DNA from: Vulcanimicrobiota bacterium
Lineage (GTDB): Bacteria; Vulcanimicrobiota; Vulcanimicrobiia; Vulcanimicrobiales; Vulcanimicrobiaceae
Direction: 5' to 3'
NCBI GenBank assembly: GCA_003135555.1
Contig: PLCF01000072.1
Coordinates: 19,470-83,469 of the forward strand
DNA length: 64,000 bases
Part shown: positions 20,656 through 30,959 of the stretch, one piece after another
Layout of the letters: the number at the start of each line of letters is the position of its first letter
How positions within the stretch are numbered: position 1 is the first letter of the stretch
Translations under genes and position numbers: made by a program
The notes under the pieces: model-generated
Database searches by the model: none
Told to the model about the DNA's origin: nothing
What the model saw: the letters and a program-made list of their open reading frames with translations, nothing else

Positions 20656-21414
20656 CTAGTCCCCCAAACGCGGATCGGGAGCACCCAGCGGATCGAGCGG
20701 GGCGCCGGGGTCGAGTGGGCTGCGGTCGTCGGGGTGCGACCCTTTGGGCAGACCCGTAGCCGGGTCGGCGTCGGCGGCGTCGCCGATGGCGCGGCGCGGC
20801 GAGGGCGTCCGGTTCTCCGCTACCCGCTCGTCGGTCTCGGTGCGCTCGGTCGAACGGTCGTCATTCATAGTCGCAGCGTTCCCGTCCCGGCCGCCCTTCA
20901 ACAGGCTGCTCCAATCCTGGGGCCACCTGCCGCCGGCATCCGGAATGAAGACGACGCGGACAGCGACGAGTTCATCGACCACGTACCGACCGTATGCGGT
21001 GTACTCACCGTCGCCGATGCCGGATGTCGAACACGCGCCGTGCGCGCCGATGACGATAGACTCCTCGGAAATATGAGCCTCGTCGATTCCCTCGGCGTCT
21101 TCGTAGACGCAGACCGTTGCGGCGTCGACGCCAATGTCTTCTGAGATCAAGTCCTCGATGAATGCTTCGTCAGAGACTGTGGAGTGTCGGCAGCGCAGCT
21201 CTGCGATCCGCGTCCCCCATTCGCCGTATTCCCCGGTCACGACCTCGACGCCCCAGGTCCCTTTTCGCGCGCGAAGGTCGTACACGGCGCACTCGACTCG
21301 CTCGCCGAGATACAACGGATCGGCGATCTGCAGCGAACCTGACCGCACCTCGAAGCGCCGCTCAGGGCGAAACACCTGGCGCTCTGTGCGCTCGTTTGAA
21401 TGCTTGTCATCCAT
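20656..21414 (-). CDS. DUF4241-like protein with an acidic low-complexity tail
   Basis: SG.L.IADP, IGVDAA and SG.GDG.Y motifs. An internal ATG at 20868 may start a separate 70-aa gene. Confidence 0.55.
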   Translation of the reverse strand: MDDKHSNERTERQVFRPERRFEVRSGSLQIADPLYLGERVECAVYDLRARKGTWGVEVVTGEYGEWGTRIAELRCRHSTVSDEAFIEDLISEDIGVDAATVCVYEDAEGIDEAHISEESIVIGAHGACSTSGIGDGEYTAYGRYVVDELVAVRVVFIPDAGGRWPQDWSSLLKGGRDGNAATMNDDRSTERTETDERVAENRTPSPRRAIGDAADADPATGLPKGSHPDDRSPLDPGAPLDPLGAPDPRLGD

Positions 21415-21453
21415 GCTCGCATCGTTTCCGCGGGCCGCGCATCGCCATGACGA

Positions 21454-22257
21454 TCACGGGAGATGCGCCGGCATCTCATTGCCGTCGTACGTGCCGGAAA
21501 AGCGCGTCGCAATACCTTCAAAGTACTCGTCGAGGGCAAGCAGCTCGTCGCTGCTGCGGGGAACAGCACCTTGCGCCACCACACCGAATTGCGCCTCGTC
21601 CTCTTCGGGCAACGGTTCGAACACCGATACTGAGTCTACACGCATTTCCGCGACAACGGCATCAGCCGCATCACGCGCGTTATCCGCCGTCGGAAACAAG
21701 AGAAAGAACGAAGATCCGCGCTCCCGGTCTCCGTTCCATCGCGGCGGTCTTTGATACTCACGAGCTTCGGGACCCTTGAATTCCCATTCCGGATCCCAGC
21801 CTGCGTCGATCAGAACCCGCAGCGCCAACGCGGGCACGAATTGGCGGTACGGGAATTCCTGTTGCTCTTTGGTCAGACGGCCGACGCGCCATACGTTGGT
21901 TCCATCATCCAGCCACCACGAGCCGACCCGGTGACGGCCATCGGGTCCAGGAAATGTCGCGGCACGAAACACCGGCAGAGCAGGATTATAGCCGGCTGGC
22001 AGCTCGGCGTGCCCGACGAATCGGAGTCTGCGTTCCTTTGCTTCGAGCGCAACGTTGCCCATCAACGTCACGAACAACTCGGACGCGTTCCGAGTCGCGC
22101 ACGCCGCGTCCGTACCGACCGATTCGGCAACGGGCGACAGGACGCGCATCGCCCAACCATACTCACGATGCTTTGCAATGGCTTGCACGTACGCGAAGCC
22201 GTGATCGACCGAAAGCTCGAACACGTCGCCCTGACGTACCGCTTCTCTTTTGCTCAT
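21454..22257 (-). CDS. Imm26-like immunity domain fused to an RraB-like C-terminal domain
   Basis: N-terminal GDVFEL...GFAYVQ....YG...RV and WWLDDG..W.VG.LT.EQ. C-terminal F.F..., ending GTYDG.E. Confidence 0.55.
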   Translation of the reverse strand: MSKREAVRQGDVFELSVDHGFAYVQAIAKHREYGWAMRVLSPVAESVGTDAACATRNASELFVTLMGNVALEAKERRLRFVGHAELPAGYNPALPVFRAATFPGPDGRHRVGSWWLDDGTNVWRVGRLTKEQQEFPYRQFVPALALRVLIDAGWDPEWEFKGPEAREYQRPPRWNGDRERGSSFFLLFPTADNARDAADAVVAEMRVDSVSVFEPLPEEDEAQFGVVAQGAVPRSSDELLALDEYFEGIATRFSGTYDGNEMPAHLP

Positions 22258-22652
22258 CGATCTGCAGGGATGGCGGCTGTCGCTTCGATCTCGACCATCG
22301 CTTCGTCTTCGACCAGGGCGGTGACTTCAACGACCGACATGGCCGGAAAGTGCTTGCCCATCACCTCGCGGTAGGCGTCCCCGATCTCGCGCTGTGCGGC
22401 GAGGTACCCGCGTTTGTCGGTGACGTACCAGGTCAGGCGGACGACGTGCTCGGGGCGCCCGCCGGCCTCGGCGAGGACCGTGACGACGTTGCGCAGCGCC
22501 TGGCGCGTTTGACCGGCGATGTCGCCGGCGGCGAAGCGGCCCTGTTCGTCCCAGCCGATCTGGCCGCTGACGAACACCATCGTTCCTTGCGCGCTCACGC
22601 CGCACGAATAGCCCTTGGGGCGCGGCCAGCCGGCGGGTTGCAGGATCGTCAC
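22254..22652 (-). CDS. RidA/YjgF-family protein of the abm cluster
   Basis: LQPAGWPRPKGY, FVSGQIGWD, HFPAM and VEIEATA. GTG at 22652 is coupled to the ligase stop. Confidence 0.92.
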   Translation of the reverse strand: MTILQPAGWPRPKGYSCGVSAQGTMVFVSGQIGWDEQGRFAAGDIAGQTRQALRNVVTVLAEAGGRPEHVVRLTWYVTDKRGYLAAQREIGDAYREVMGKHFPAMSVVEVTALVEDEAMVEIEATAAIPADR

Positions 22653-24271
22653 GTGCGTGCCTCCGCCGCGGTGCGCAATTTGAAGCGCTGCAGCTTGCCG
22701 GTCTCGGTGCGCGGCAGCTCGCGCACGAAGTCGATCGCCCGCGGATACTTGTACGGCGCGATCCGTGCCTTGACGAACTCCTGCAGCTCGCGCACCAGCG
22801 CGGGGTCGCCGTCTCCATCCCGAAGCACGACGAACGCTTTGACGATCGACCCGCGAGCTTCGTCGGGCGCGCCGACGACGGCGCACTCGAGCACCTGCGG
22901 GTGTTCGAGCAAGGCGCCCTCCACCTCGGGGCCGGCGATGTTGTAGCCTGAGGAGATGATCATGTCGTCCGTGCGCGCCTGATACCAGAAGTAACCGTCC
23001 GCATCGAGCCGGTAGGCGTCGCCGGTGAGGTTCCAGCCATTTTGCACGTAGTCGCGCTGACGCGGATCGGAGAGGTACCGGCAGCCGGTCGGGCCCTTCA
23101 CCGCCAGCCGGCCGACGCTGCCCGGCGGGAGCGGCCGGCCGTCGTCATCGAGGATGCACGCCGCATAGCCCGGGACGGGCGTCCCGGTCGCGCCGGGGCG
23201 AATCGCATCGCCCGACGCGGCGATGAAGATGTGCAGCATCTCGGTCGAGCCGATCCCGTCGATGATCCGCACCCCCGTCGCATCTTCCCACAGCGTGCGC
23301 GTCGCGACGGGCAGCGTCTCGCCGGCCGAGACGCACGCGCGCAGCGTGTGCAGATCGTAGCCCTTCGCGAGCGGTGCCATCGCACGGTACGACGTCGGCG
23401 CGGTGAAGCACACGGTCGCGCCGAAGCGCTGGATCGCCGCGAGCAGCGCTTCCGGCGCCGTCTTCTCGATCAGCGCGGTCGAGGCGCCGGCACGCAGCGG
23501 GAACAGCAGTGCGCCGCCGAGCCCGTAGGTGAACGCCAGCGGCGGCGTGCCGACGAACACGTCGTCAGGTCCGGGTGCGAACGTGGCGGGCGGGAAGGTG
23601 TCGCAGATGGCGAGCACGTCGCGGTGGAAGTGCATCGTGCCTTTCGGTCGACCGGTCGTGCCCGACGTGAACGCGATCATGCAGACGTCGTCGCGGGCCG
23701 TGTCGGCGTTCGCGAACGCCGGCGGCTGGCGCTGCGTCAGCGCCGCGAGGCCGCTGTCGCGTTCGTCGTGCGAAAAGACGACCGTGCGCAGCGTGGGGCA
23801 CGACCCCATGGCCGCGTCGAGCTCGTCCCGCAGCCGCACGTCGCAGATCGCGTGCGAGACCTCGGCCGCGGTGATGACGTCGATCAACTCTTTCGCGCGC
23901 AGCAACGGCATCGTGGTGACCACGACCGCCCCGGCCTTGACCACGCCCAGCCAGCACGCGGCCGTTACGTCGTTGTTGAAGCCGCGCAGCAGCACGCGGT
24001 TGCCCGGAACGACCCCCAGCTCGGCGCGCAGCACGTTCGCGATGCGGGCAGCGTCGTCGAGCAGCCGAGCGTAGGTGACGCGCCGCTCCGGCGTCACGAT
24101 CGCGGTCCGATCGCCCAGCCCGCGCGCGACGGCAGCGTCGAGCAGCTCCGCGGCGCAGTTCAGCCGCTCCGGATACTGCAGCTCCGGCAGCGTGAACAGG
24201 AACTCCGGCCACTGATCGCGCGGCGGCAAGTGATCGTGAGCGAACGTGTCGACGTGCGCGCTGGTCGTCAT
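22649..24271 (-). CDS. abmG: 2-aminobenzoate-CoA ligase (benzoate-CoA ligase family)
   Basis: SAHVDTFAHDHLPP..QWP N-terminus, FTSGTTG.PKG.MHFHRD, IDGIGSTEMLHIF and GPTGCRYL. Confidence 0.88.
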   Translation of the reverse strand: MTTSAHVDTFAHDHLPPRDQWPEFLFTLPELQYPERLNCAAELLDAAVARGLGDRTAIVTPERRVTYARLLDDAARIANVLRAELGVVPGNRVLLRGFNNDVTAACWLGVVKAGAVVVTTMPLLRAKELIDVITAAEVSHAICDVRLRDELDAAMGSCPTLRTVVFSHDERDSGLAALTQRQPPAFANADTARDDVCMIAFTSGTTGRPKGTMHFHRDVLAICDTFPPATFAPGPDDVFVGTPPLAFTYGLGGALLFPLRAGASTALIEKTAPEALLAAIQRFGATVCFTAPTSYRAMAPLAKGYDLHTLRACVSAGETLPVATRTLWEDATGVRIIDGIGSTEMLHIFIAASGDAIRPGATGTPVPGYAACILDDDGRPLPPGSVGRLAVKGPTGCRYLSDPRQRDYVQNGWNLTGDAYRLDADGYFWYQARTDDMIISSGYNIAGPEVEGALLEHPQVLECAVVGAPDEARGSIVKAFVVLRDGDGDPALVRELQEFVKARIAPYKYPRAIDFVRELPRTETGKLQRFKLRTAAEART

Positions 24272-24275
24272 GGCG

Positions 24276-25097
24276 TCAGTCGCCTTCGAACACGGGGGTG
24301 CGTTTGGCGGCGAAGGCCTCGTACGCGCGCCGGAAATCGCGCGTCGCCATGCAGATCGCCTGCGCTTCGGCCTCGGCCTCGATCGCCTCGTCCAGCCCCA
24401 TCGACCACTCCTGGTGCAGCATCTTCTTGGTCATCGCGTGCCCGAAGGCCGGCCCGCTCGCGAGCGCGGACGCGAAGGTAGCCGCTTCGGCCAGCACCGC
24501 TTCGGGCGCGCAGAGCCGGTTGAAGAACCCCCACGCTAACGCCTCGTCGGCGGACATCGAGCGACCGCTGTAGAGCAGCTCCGCCGCGCGGCCGTGCCCG
24601 ATGACGCGTGGTAACAACGCGCACGCGCCCATGTCGGCGCCGGCCAGGCCGACCCGCGTGAACAAGAACGCGACGCGTGCGCCGGGCGTCCCGTAGCGCA
24701 GGTCCGAGGCCAGTGCAAGCATCGCGCCCGCGCCCGCGCAGACGCCGTCGACCGCGGCAACGATCGGTTGCGGGCAGGCGCGCATCGCCTTGACCACGTC
24801 GCCGGTCATCCGGGTGAACGCCAAGAGCTCCGGCATCGCCATCGCGGTGAGCGGTCCGATGATCTCGTGCACGTCGCCGCCCGAACTGAAGTTGCCGCCG
24901 GCTCCGGTGACGACCACGGCCTGCACGTCGCGCGCGTAGACGAGCCCGCGGAACAGGTCGCGCAGCTCGGCGTACGACTCGAACGTCAGTGGGTTCTTGC
25001 GCTCGGGCCGGTCGAGCGTGACGGTACCGACGCCACCGTCGACGGCCCAGCGGAAATGCTGCGGTTCGTAGGCCGCGAAGTTCTGGTCTCGGTTCAT
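24276..25097 (-). CDS. enoyl-CoA hydratase/isomerase of the abm cluster
   Basis: [25 protein letters not shown] and [16 protein letters not shown]. Confidence 0.92.
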   Translation of the reverse strand: MNRDQNFAAYEPQHFRWAVDGGVGTVTLDRPERKNPLTFESYAELRDLFRGLVYARDVQAVVVTGAGGNFSSGGDVHEIIGPLTAMAMPELLAFTRMTGDVVKAMRACPQPIVAAVDGVCAGAGAMLALASDLRYGTPGARVAFLFTRVGLAGADMGACALLPRVIGHGRAAELLYSGRSMSADEALAWGFFNRLCAPEAVLAEAATFASALASGPAFGHAMTKKMLHQEWSMGLDEAIEAEAEAQAICMATRDFRRAYEAFAAKRTPVFEGD

Positions 25098-25585
25098 CGC
25101 GCGGAGTCGCTTTCACGGGCATTGAGGTGGCGCTTGAGCTTGGCGAGTAACGCGTAGAGCTGGGTGCGGTCGTGTTCGCCCAACCCGGCGAACATCTCGA
25201 CGATCCAGCGCTCGTGGCGTCGAGCCATGTCGGCGAAGGACCGGCGTCCGGCTGCGCTCAGCTTGACGATCGACGCACGCCGGTCGCCCGGCGCGACGCT
25301 GCGGGTGATCAGCCCTTCGGCGAGCAGCTGGTCCGCGATGCGCGTGATGTTCCCGCCGGTGACCATCATGCGCTTGGAGATCGCGGTCATCCGCAAACCG
25401 CCGGGGTTGCGCTCGAGCTGCGACAGGAAGTCGAAGCGCGGCAGCGTCGTATCGAAATCGTCGCGCAGCCTGCCGGAGACGCGGCCTTCGATGAGGTTCG
25501 TGCACGCCAGCAGCCGCAGCCAGACGCGCACCGAGAGATGATCGTCGTGGGTGGCGCGTGATTCGGTGTCGATGCGTTCGTACAT
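25094..25585 (-). CDS. MarR-family transcriptional regulator
   Basis: [25 protein letters not shown] and DRR. Confidence 0.92.
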   Translation of the reverse strand: MYERIDTESRATHDDHLSVRVWLRLLACTNLIEGRVSGRLRDDFDTTLPRFDFLSQLERNPGGLRMTAISKRMMVTGGNITRIADQLLAEGLITRSVAPGDRRASIVKLSAAGRRSFADMARRHERWIVEMFAGLGEHDRTQLYALLAKLKRHLNARESDSAR

Positions 25586-26361
25586 CAGTGTTGCACCTCA
25601 CCGCCGTCGATCACGATCGTTTGCCCGGTGATCGCGTCGGCCTCGGGGCGGCACAGCCACACCACCGCCGCGGCAACCTCGTCGGGCCGTACGAAGCGGC
25701 CCAGCGGGTTGTGGGTCAGGATCGCCGCCGCGGCGGCTTCCTCGGTCCGCCCGGTGTTGGCGACGATGGACGAGACCGCACGATCGAGCATCGCCGTCTC
25801 GGTGAAGCCCGGGCATACGGCGTTCACCGTGATCCCTTTTGCCGCGAGCTCGGTCGCCAGCGCACGCGTCAGCCCGACGACGCCGTGTTTGGACGCGCAG
25901 TACGCGGCGATGTACTTCCCGCCGACGAGTCCGGCCGTACTCGCGATGTTGACGATCCGCCCGCGCCCGGCGGCGATCATCGCGGGCACCACCTCGCGCG
26001 TGCAGTGATACGTGCCGGTGAGGTTGACCCCGATCACCGACGCCCACGTTGCGGCGTCGAGCTTGGCGAAGGGGCGGCTCAGCGCGATCCCCGCGTTGTT
26101 CACCAGGATGTCGACCTCGCCGTGCCGAGCGCGCGCGTCGGCGAACGCCGCCGCGACGGCGGCCTCGTCGGCCACATCGGCAACGACGACGTGCGCCGCC
26201 GCGCTTTGCGGCAGCGACGCCGCATGCCGCTCGAGCACGCCCCGTTCGCGACCCAACAGCGTCACGCGTATCCCCTCGGCGGCCAAGGCACCGGCAACCG
26301 CGGCGCCGATCCCGCGTCCGCCGCCGGTGACGAGCGCGTGCCGGCCGGCGAGCGTGCTCAT
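25585..26361 (-). CDS. SDR oxidoreductase (3-hydroxyacyl-CoA dehydrogenase-like) of the abm cluster
   Basis: [19 protein letters not shown] and NAVCPGF. Confidence 0.92.
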   Translation of the reverse strand: MSTLAGRHALVTGGGRGIGAAVAGALAAEGIRVTLLGRERGVLERHAASLPQSAAAHVVVADVADEAAVAAAFADARARHGEVDILVNNAGIALSRPFAKLDAATWASVIGVNLTGTYHCTREVVPAMIAAGRGRIVNIASTAGLVGGKYIAAYCASKHGVVGLTRALATELAAKGITVNAVCPGFTETAMLDRAVSSIVANTGRTEEAAAAAILTHNPLGRFVRPDEVAAAVVWLCRPEADAITGQTIVIDGGEVQH

Positions 26362-28646
26362 CGCGTCACCTCGCTGGCCGCGTCGGCTGCGATCTGCGCC
26401 GCGCGCCGCAGCGTGCGCACATACTGCTCGCGCCCGGGAAGGTACTGCGCGGGCCAGGGCTGCTCGTCGTAGCCCAGCTGCGCCGCGGCGTGCAGGGTGA
26501 AATAGGGATCGGCGAGGTGCGGCCGCGCCAGCGCGACGAGGTCGGCTCGGCCGGCGGCGATGATGCTGTTGACCTGATCGGCGTCGGTGATGTTGCCGAC
26601 AGCCATCGTGGCGATGCGCAGCTCGTTGCGGATCTTGTCCGAGAACGGCGTCTGGAACATCCGGCCGTAGACCGGCTGGGCCAGGCGCGACGTCTGGCCA
26701 GCCGACACGTCGATGAGGTCGGCGCCGGCCGCGTCGAACGCGCGCGCCACCGCGACCGCATCGTTGGGCGTGATCCCGCCCTCGACCCAGTCGGTCGCCG
26801 AGATGCGGACCGAGATCGGTTTGTGCTCCGGCCAGACCGCGCGGATCGCCGCGAACACTTCGAGGGGATAGCGCAAGCGGTTTTCCAGCGACCCGCCGTA
26901 CGCGTCGGTGCGCCGGTTAGTCAGCGGCGTGATGAAGCTCGAGAGCAGGTAGCCGTGCGCGCAGTGCAGCTCGAGCATGTCGAAACCGCACTGCAGCCCC
27001 ATCGCCGCGGCGCGCGCGAACTCGCCCTTCACCCGGTCCATGTCGTCGAGCGTCATCGTGCGCGGAACCTGATTGCGCTCGCCGTAGGCGATCGGCGAGG
27101 GCGCCATCACCGGCCAATTGTCGCGCAGCAGCGGCTCGTCGGCTTCCTCCCAGCCCAATTGCGTCGAACCCTTGGGTCCCGAGTGCCCCAGCTGGAGGGC
27201 AATCTTCGCGGGCGTGTTGTCGTGAACGAAGCCGACGATGCGCGTCCAGGCGGCGACGTGCTCGGGGCGGTACATCCCCGCGCAGCCGGGCGAGATGCGG
27301 CCCTCGGGCGAGACGCAGGTCATCTCGGTGAACACCAGGCCCGCGCCGCCCTGCGCGCGCGCGCCGAGGTGGACGAGGTAGAAGTCGTTGGGCGTGCCGT
27401 CGACGCAGCTGTACATCGCCATCGGCGAGACGACGACGCGGTTGCGCAACTCGAGCTCGCGCAGCCGAAACGGCGCGAACATCGGCGGGACGGGCTTGGC
27501 CGTTCCGGCACGTTGGGACAGCCAGGCCTCGATGTCTTCGACGTAGCGGCGGTCGCGCAGGCGCAGGTTGTCGTGACTGAGGCGCTGGCTGCGCGTCAGC
27601 AGGCTGTAGGCGAACTGTTCGGGCTCCAGGTTGGCGTAGCGCGCGACGTTCTCGAACCATTCGGTGCTGTTGCGCGCCGCGTTTTGCAGGCGCAAGACCT
27701 CGATCCGGCGCTCCGCCTCGTACTCCTCGAATGCGCGCCTGCGCTCTACGTTACGCCGCAACGCCGCGGCCAACGCGACCGCGTCCTCGAGCGCGAGCTT
27801 CGTCCCCGACCCGATCGAGAAGTGGGCCGTGTGCGCGGCGTCGCCGATCAGCACCCGGTTGCCATCGTGCCAGCGCGCATTGTTGACCTGCACGAAAGTT
27901 ATCCATGGATTGGCGAGGTGCTTCGCGTTGCTCAGCAGCGGGTGGCCCCCGAGGTACCGCGCGAAGAGCCGCTCGCAAAACGCAATCGACTCGTCGGGGG
28001 TCGCCGTGTCGAGCCCAGCGGCACGCCAGGTCTCCTCGCGGCACTCTACGATCACCGTGCCGGTCTGGGCGTCGAACTGATACGCGTGTACCTGGAACCA
28101 GCCGTGCGGCGTCTCCTCGAAGGCGAACGTGAAGGCCTCGAAGCGCTGGTGCGTCCCCAGCCAGATGTAGCGGTTGCGGCGGTTCTCGAGCGTCGTTCCG
28201 AAGGCGGCGGCGTGCTTGCGCCGCGTCGGCGAGTTCGCGCCGTCGCCGACGACGATGACGTCCGCACCGGCATGGTCCGCGTCGTCGGCCTCGACCTCGA
28301 AGCGCAGCTCCACGCCCTGCTCGGCGGCGCGCTCTTGCAGGATGCGCAGCAGCCGCTTGCGCGCGATGCCGGCAAACCCCTGACCGCCGGCGCGAATGGT
28401 GCGGCCGCGATAGTGGACGTCGATGTCTTCCCAGTGCACGAAGCTCTCGACGATCCGCGCGTATGTCGGGGGATCGGCCGCGGCGATGTTGCCCAGCGTC
28501 TGATCGGAGAAGACCACGCCCCAGCCGAAGGTGTCCTCGGCGCGATTGCGCTCCAGGACGACGATCTCGGCGTCGGGCCGTGCCGACTTCATCACGATCG
28601 AGAAAAACAGGCCGGCCGGTCCGCCGCCGATGCAGACTATTCGCAC
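26358..28646 (-). CDS. abmA: 2-aminobenzoyl-CoA monooxygenase/reductase (bifunctional salicylyl-CoA 5-hydroxylase/oxidoreductase family)
   Basis: N-terminal FAD monooxygenase ([34 protein letters not shown]) fused to an old-yellow-enzyme domain ([19 protein letters not shown]). Confidence 0.9.
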   Translation of the reverse strand: MRIVCIGGGPAGLFFSIVMKSARPDAEIVVLERNRAEDTFGWGVVFSDQTLGNIAAADPPTYARIVESFVHWEDIDVHYRGRTIRAGGQGFAGIARKRLLRILQERAAEQGVELRFEVEADDADHAGADVIVVGDGANSPTRRKHAAAFGTTLENRRNRYIWLGTHQRFEAFTFAFEETPHGWFQVHAYQFDAQTGTVIVECREETWRAAGLDTATPDESIAFCERLFARYLGGHPLLSNAKHLANPWITFVQVNNARWHDGNRVLIGDAAHTAHFSIGSGTKLALEDAVALAAALRRNVERRRAFEEYEAERRIEVLRLQNAARNSTEWFENVARYANLEPEQFAYSLLTRSQRLSHDNLRLRDRRYVEDIEAWLSQRAGTAKPVPPMFAPFRLRELELRNRVVVSPMAMYSCVDGTPNDFYLVHLGARAQGGAGLVFTEMTCVSPEGRISPGCAGMYRPEHVAAWTRIVGFVHDNTPAKIALQLGHSGPKGSTQLGWEEADEPLLRDNWPVMAPSPIAYGERNQVPRTMTLDDMDRVKGEFARAAAMGLQCGFDMLELHCAHGYLLSSFITPLTNRRTDAYGGSLENRLRYPLEVFAAIRAVWPEHKPISVRISATDWVEGGITPNDAVAVARAFDAAGADLIDVSAGQTSRLAQPVYGRMFQTPFSDKIRNELRIATMAVGNITDADQVNSIIAAGRADLVALARPHLADPYFTLHAAAQLGYDEQPWPAQYLPGREQYVRTLRRAAQIAADAASEVTR

Positions 28647-28670
28647 GATGCCTCCGAGCCAAAAACTTGC

Positions 28671-28702
28671 GGCATCGATAGTTTATATCTAAACTAAATG
28701 CC
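28671..28702. promoter_or_regulatory. palindromic operator (probable MarR site) in the divergent abmA/ABC promoter
   Basis: TAGTTTA-TATC-TAAACTA, a perfect 7-bp inverted repeat at 28679-28696, flanked by GGCAT/ATGCC. Confidence 0.65.
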
Positions 28703-28799
28703 CTGTCAATCCCGCTGCGCGAGGTCCGCGGCCCCCTCCGGTGAAGGGGTCCGTGGGCGGTTCGACCCGCCGGTTCTTTGCCGTTCACGAGGGGATCAG

Positions 28800-29984
28800 A
28801 TGCGTATTGTCGCCCGCGCCTCACTCGCCGCGCTGCTGACGCTGTCGATGGCAGGCTCGAGCGCGTTTGCGGCCGACCCTGCGCCGCTCAAGATCGGGAT
28901 GATCACCACGCTCTCCACCGCCGGCGGCTATTTGGGCGAGGACATGCGGGACGGTTTTCAACTCGCGATCGACGAGGAGCACGGCAAGCTGGGCGGCGTG
29001 CCGGTGCAGGTCGTGGTCGAAGATGACGGTCTCAAGCCGGCCAACGGCAAGCTGATCGCCGACAAGTTCCGCATCCAGGACAAAATCGACGTCTTCACCG
29101 GGATTATCTACTCCAACGTGGCGCTGGCGGTCGTACCGGGCTTGGTGGAGAGCGGCGCGTTCTACCTCAGCCCGAACGCGGGGCCGTCGCAGCTCGCCGG
29201 CAAGGGATGCAACAAGAACTTCTTCGTTGTGTCGTGGCAGAACGACACCCCGCACGAAGCCACCGGGCAGTACGCGCAATACCTCGGCCTCAAGAAAATG
29301 GTCGTCGTCGCGCCCAACTACACCACCGGGAAGGACGCCGTCGCGGGATTCAAACGAACCTTCCACGGCGAGATCGCCGAAGAGATCTACACCGCGCTGG
29401 ACCAGACCGACTACTCGGCGGAGCTCGCCCGCATCCGCGCCGCGAACGCCGACGGCATCTTCTACTTCCTCCCCGGCGGTTTGGGGATCAACTTTCTCAA
29501 GCAGTTCACCCAAGCCGGACTGAAAAAGACGATGAAGGTCGTATTGCCGGAGTTCTCGCTCGAGAGCCACGTGGTCGCGGCGGTCGGTAACGCTGCCGAA
29601 GGTCTCTACGGCACCGCGCACTGGCTCAAAGATCTGCCCTACGCCGCCAACAAGAAGTTCGTCTCCGAGTTCATCAAGAAGTATCACCGCGAACCGACGC
29701 CCTATGCCAGTCAGGGATACGACACCGCGAAGCTGCTGGCCAGCGGCCTGCGCGCGGTCAACGGAGACGTATCGAAGGCCGACGCGTTTCGTGCTGCGCT
29801 GCGGAAAGCCGATTTTCAGTCGACGCGCGGCGCGTTCAAGTTCGGACCGAACCAGTTCCCGATCCAGGACTGGTACAGCGCCAGGGTCGTGCGCGACGCG
29901 AAGACCGGGAAGCTGGTGATTCGCGGCGTGGGCAAGATCATGGCGCAGGCCGGCGACGTCTACTCCAACGCGTGCAAGCTCTGA
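28800..29984 (+). CDS. ABC transporter substrate-binding protein (aromatic acid/anthranilate-type)
   Basis: Signal peptide, KIGMITTLS, EDDGLKP, NAGPS.LAG..C and WQND. ATG at 28800. Confidence 0.92.
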   Translation: MRIVARASLAALLTLSMAGSSAFAADPAPLKIGMITTLSTAGGYLGEDMRDGFQLAIDEEHGKLGGVPVQVVVEDDGLKPANGKLIADKFRIQDKIDVFTGIIYSNVALAVVPGLVESGAFYLSPNAGPSQLAGKGCNKNFFVVSWQNDTPHEATGQYAQYLGLKKMVVVAPNYTTGKDAVAGFKRTFHGEIAEEIYTALDQTDYSAELARIRAANADGIFYFLPGGLGINFLKQFTQAGLKKTMKVVLPEFSLESHVVAAVGNAAEGLYGTAHWLKDLPYAANKKFVSEFIKKYHREPTPYASQGYDTAKLLASGLRAVNGDVSKADAFRAALRKADFQSTRGAFKFGPNQFPIQDWYSARVVRDAKTGKLVIRGVGKIMAQAGDVYSNACKL

Positions 29985-30001
29985 GCCCCTGACCCCCTGA
30001 C

Positions 30002-30916
30002 ATGAGCCTGGCGCTCGAGCAGCTCCTCAACGGACTGCAGTTCGGGGTGATGATCTTCTTGCTCGCCGCCGGGCTCACGCTCGTATTCGGCATCATGGGC
30101 GTGATCAATCTGGCGCACGGCTCGATCTACATGCTGGGAGCGTTCGTCGCCGCGTCGGTCGCCGGCACCGGCGCGCCGTTCGTCGTTGCGGTCCTGGCCG
30201 GCGCAGCGGCCGCGGGGCTGGCGGGGATCGCGATCGAGCTCGTGGTGATCCGCCGTTTGTACGCGCGCCACCACCTCGATCAAGTGCTCGCAACGTTCGC
30301 GCTGATCCTCATCGCGAACGACGGCGTCTCCATGATCTGGGGCAAGACGCCGCTCAACATGGCGGTTCCGGCGGCGCTGAGCCCGGCGGTAACGCTGGGT
30401 GGATTCATCTATCCGGCCTACCGGCTCGTGCTCATCGCGGCGGGGATCCTGATCGCGGCGGCGCTGTACGTCCTGATCTCGCGCACGCGCTTGGGGATGT
30501 TGATCCGTGCCGGCGCGACGCATCGCGAAACCGTCGCCGCACTGGGCGTCGACATCAGCCGCCTCAACACCGTGGTGTTCGCGCTCGGCGCCGTCCTTGC
30601 CGGCACGGCGGGCGCGCTGCTCGCGCCGATCCTCGCCGTCCAAGTCGGCATGGGAGAGCAGATCCTCATCCTGACCTTCGTCGCGATCATCGTCGGCGGC
30701 CTGGGATCGATCCGCGGCGCCTTCGCGGGCGCGCTGCTCGTCGGCGTCGTCGACACGCTGGGCCGCGCCTACATCCCGGTGATCCTCAAGCCGATCGCCA
30801 AGCCTGAGATCGCGGACTCGCTGGGCGGCGGCCTGTCCGCCGTGGCGATCTACGTGCTCATGGCCATCGTGCTGGTGTGGAAGCCGCGAGGCCTGTTCCC
30901 TGTCGGCCCTCGCTAA
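30002..30916 (+). CDS. ABC transporter permease (LivH-like)
   Basis: LNGLQFG..FLLAAGLTLVFGIM.VINLAHGS and KPRGLFP. Confidence 0.93.
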   Translation: MSLALEQLLNGLQFGVMIFLLAAGLTLVFGIMGVINLAHGSIYMLGAFVAASVAGTGAPFVVAVLAGAAAAGLAGIAIELVVIRRLYARHHLDQVLATFALILIANDGVSMIWGKTPLNMAVPAALSPAVTLGGFIYPAYRLVLIAAGILIAAALYVLISRTRLGMLIRAGATHRETVAALGVDISRLNTVVFALGAVLAGTAGALLAPILAVQVGMGEQILILTFVAIIVGGLGSIRGAFAGALLVGVVDTLGRAYIPVILKPIAKPEIADSLGGGLSAVAIYVLMAIVLVWKPRGLFPVGPR

Positions 30917-30959
30917 CACGCGCCGGCGCGCGGCGCTGCTCATCGCAACGCTCATTGTC

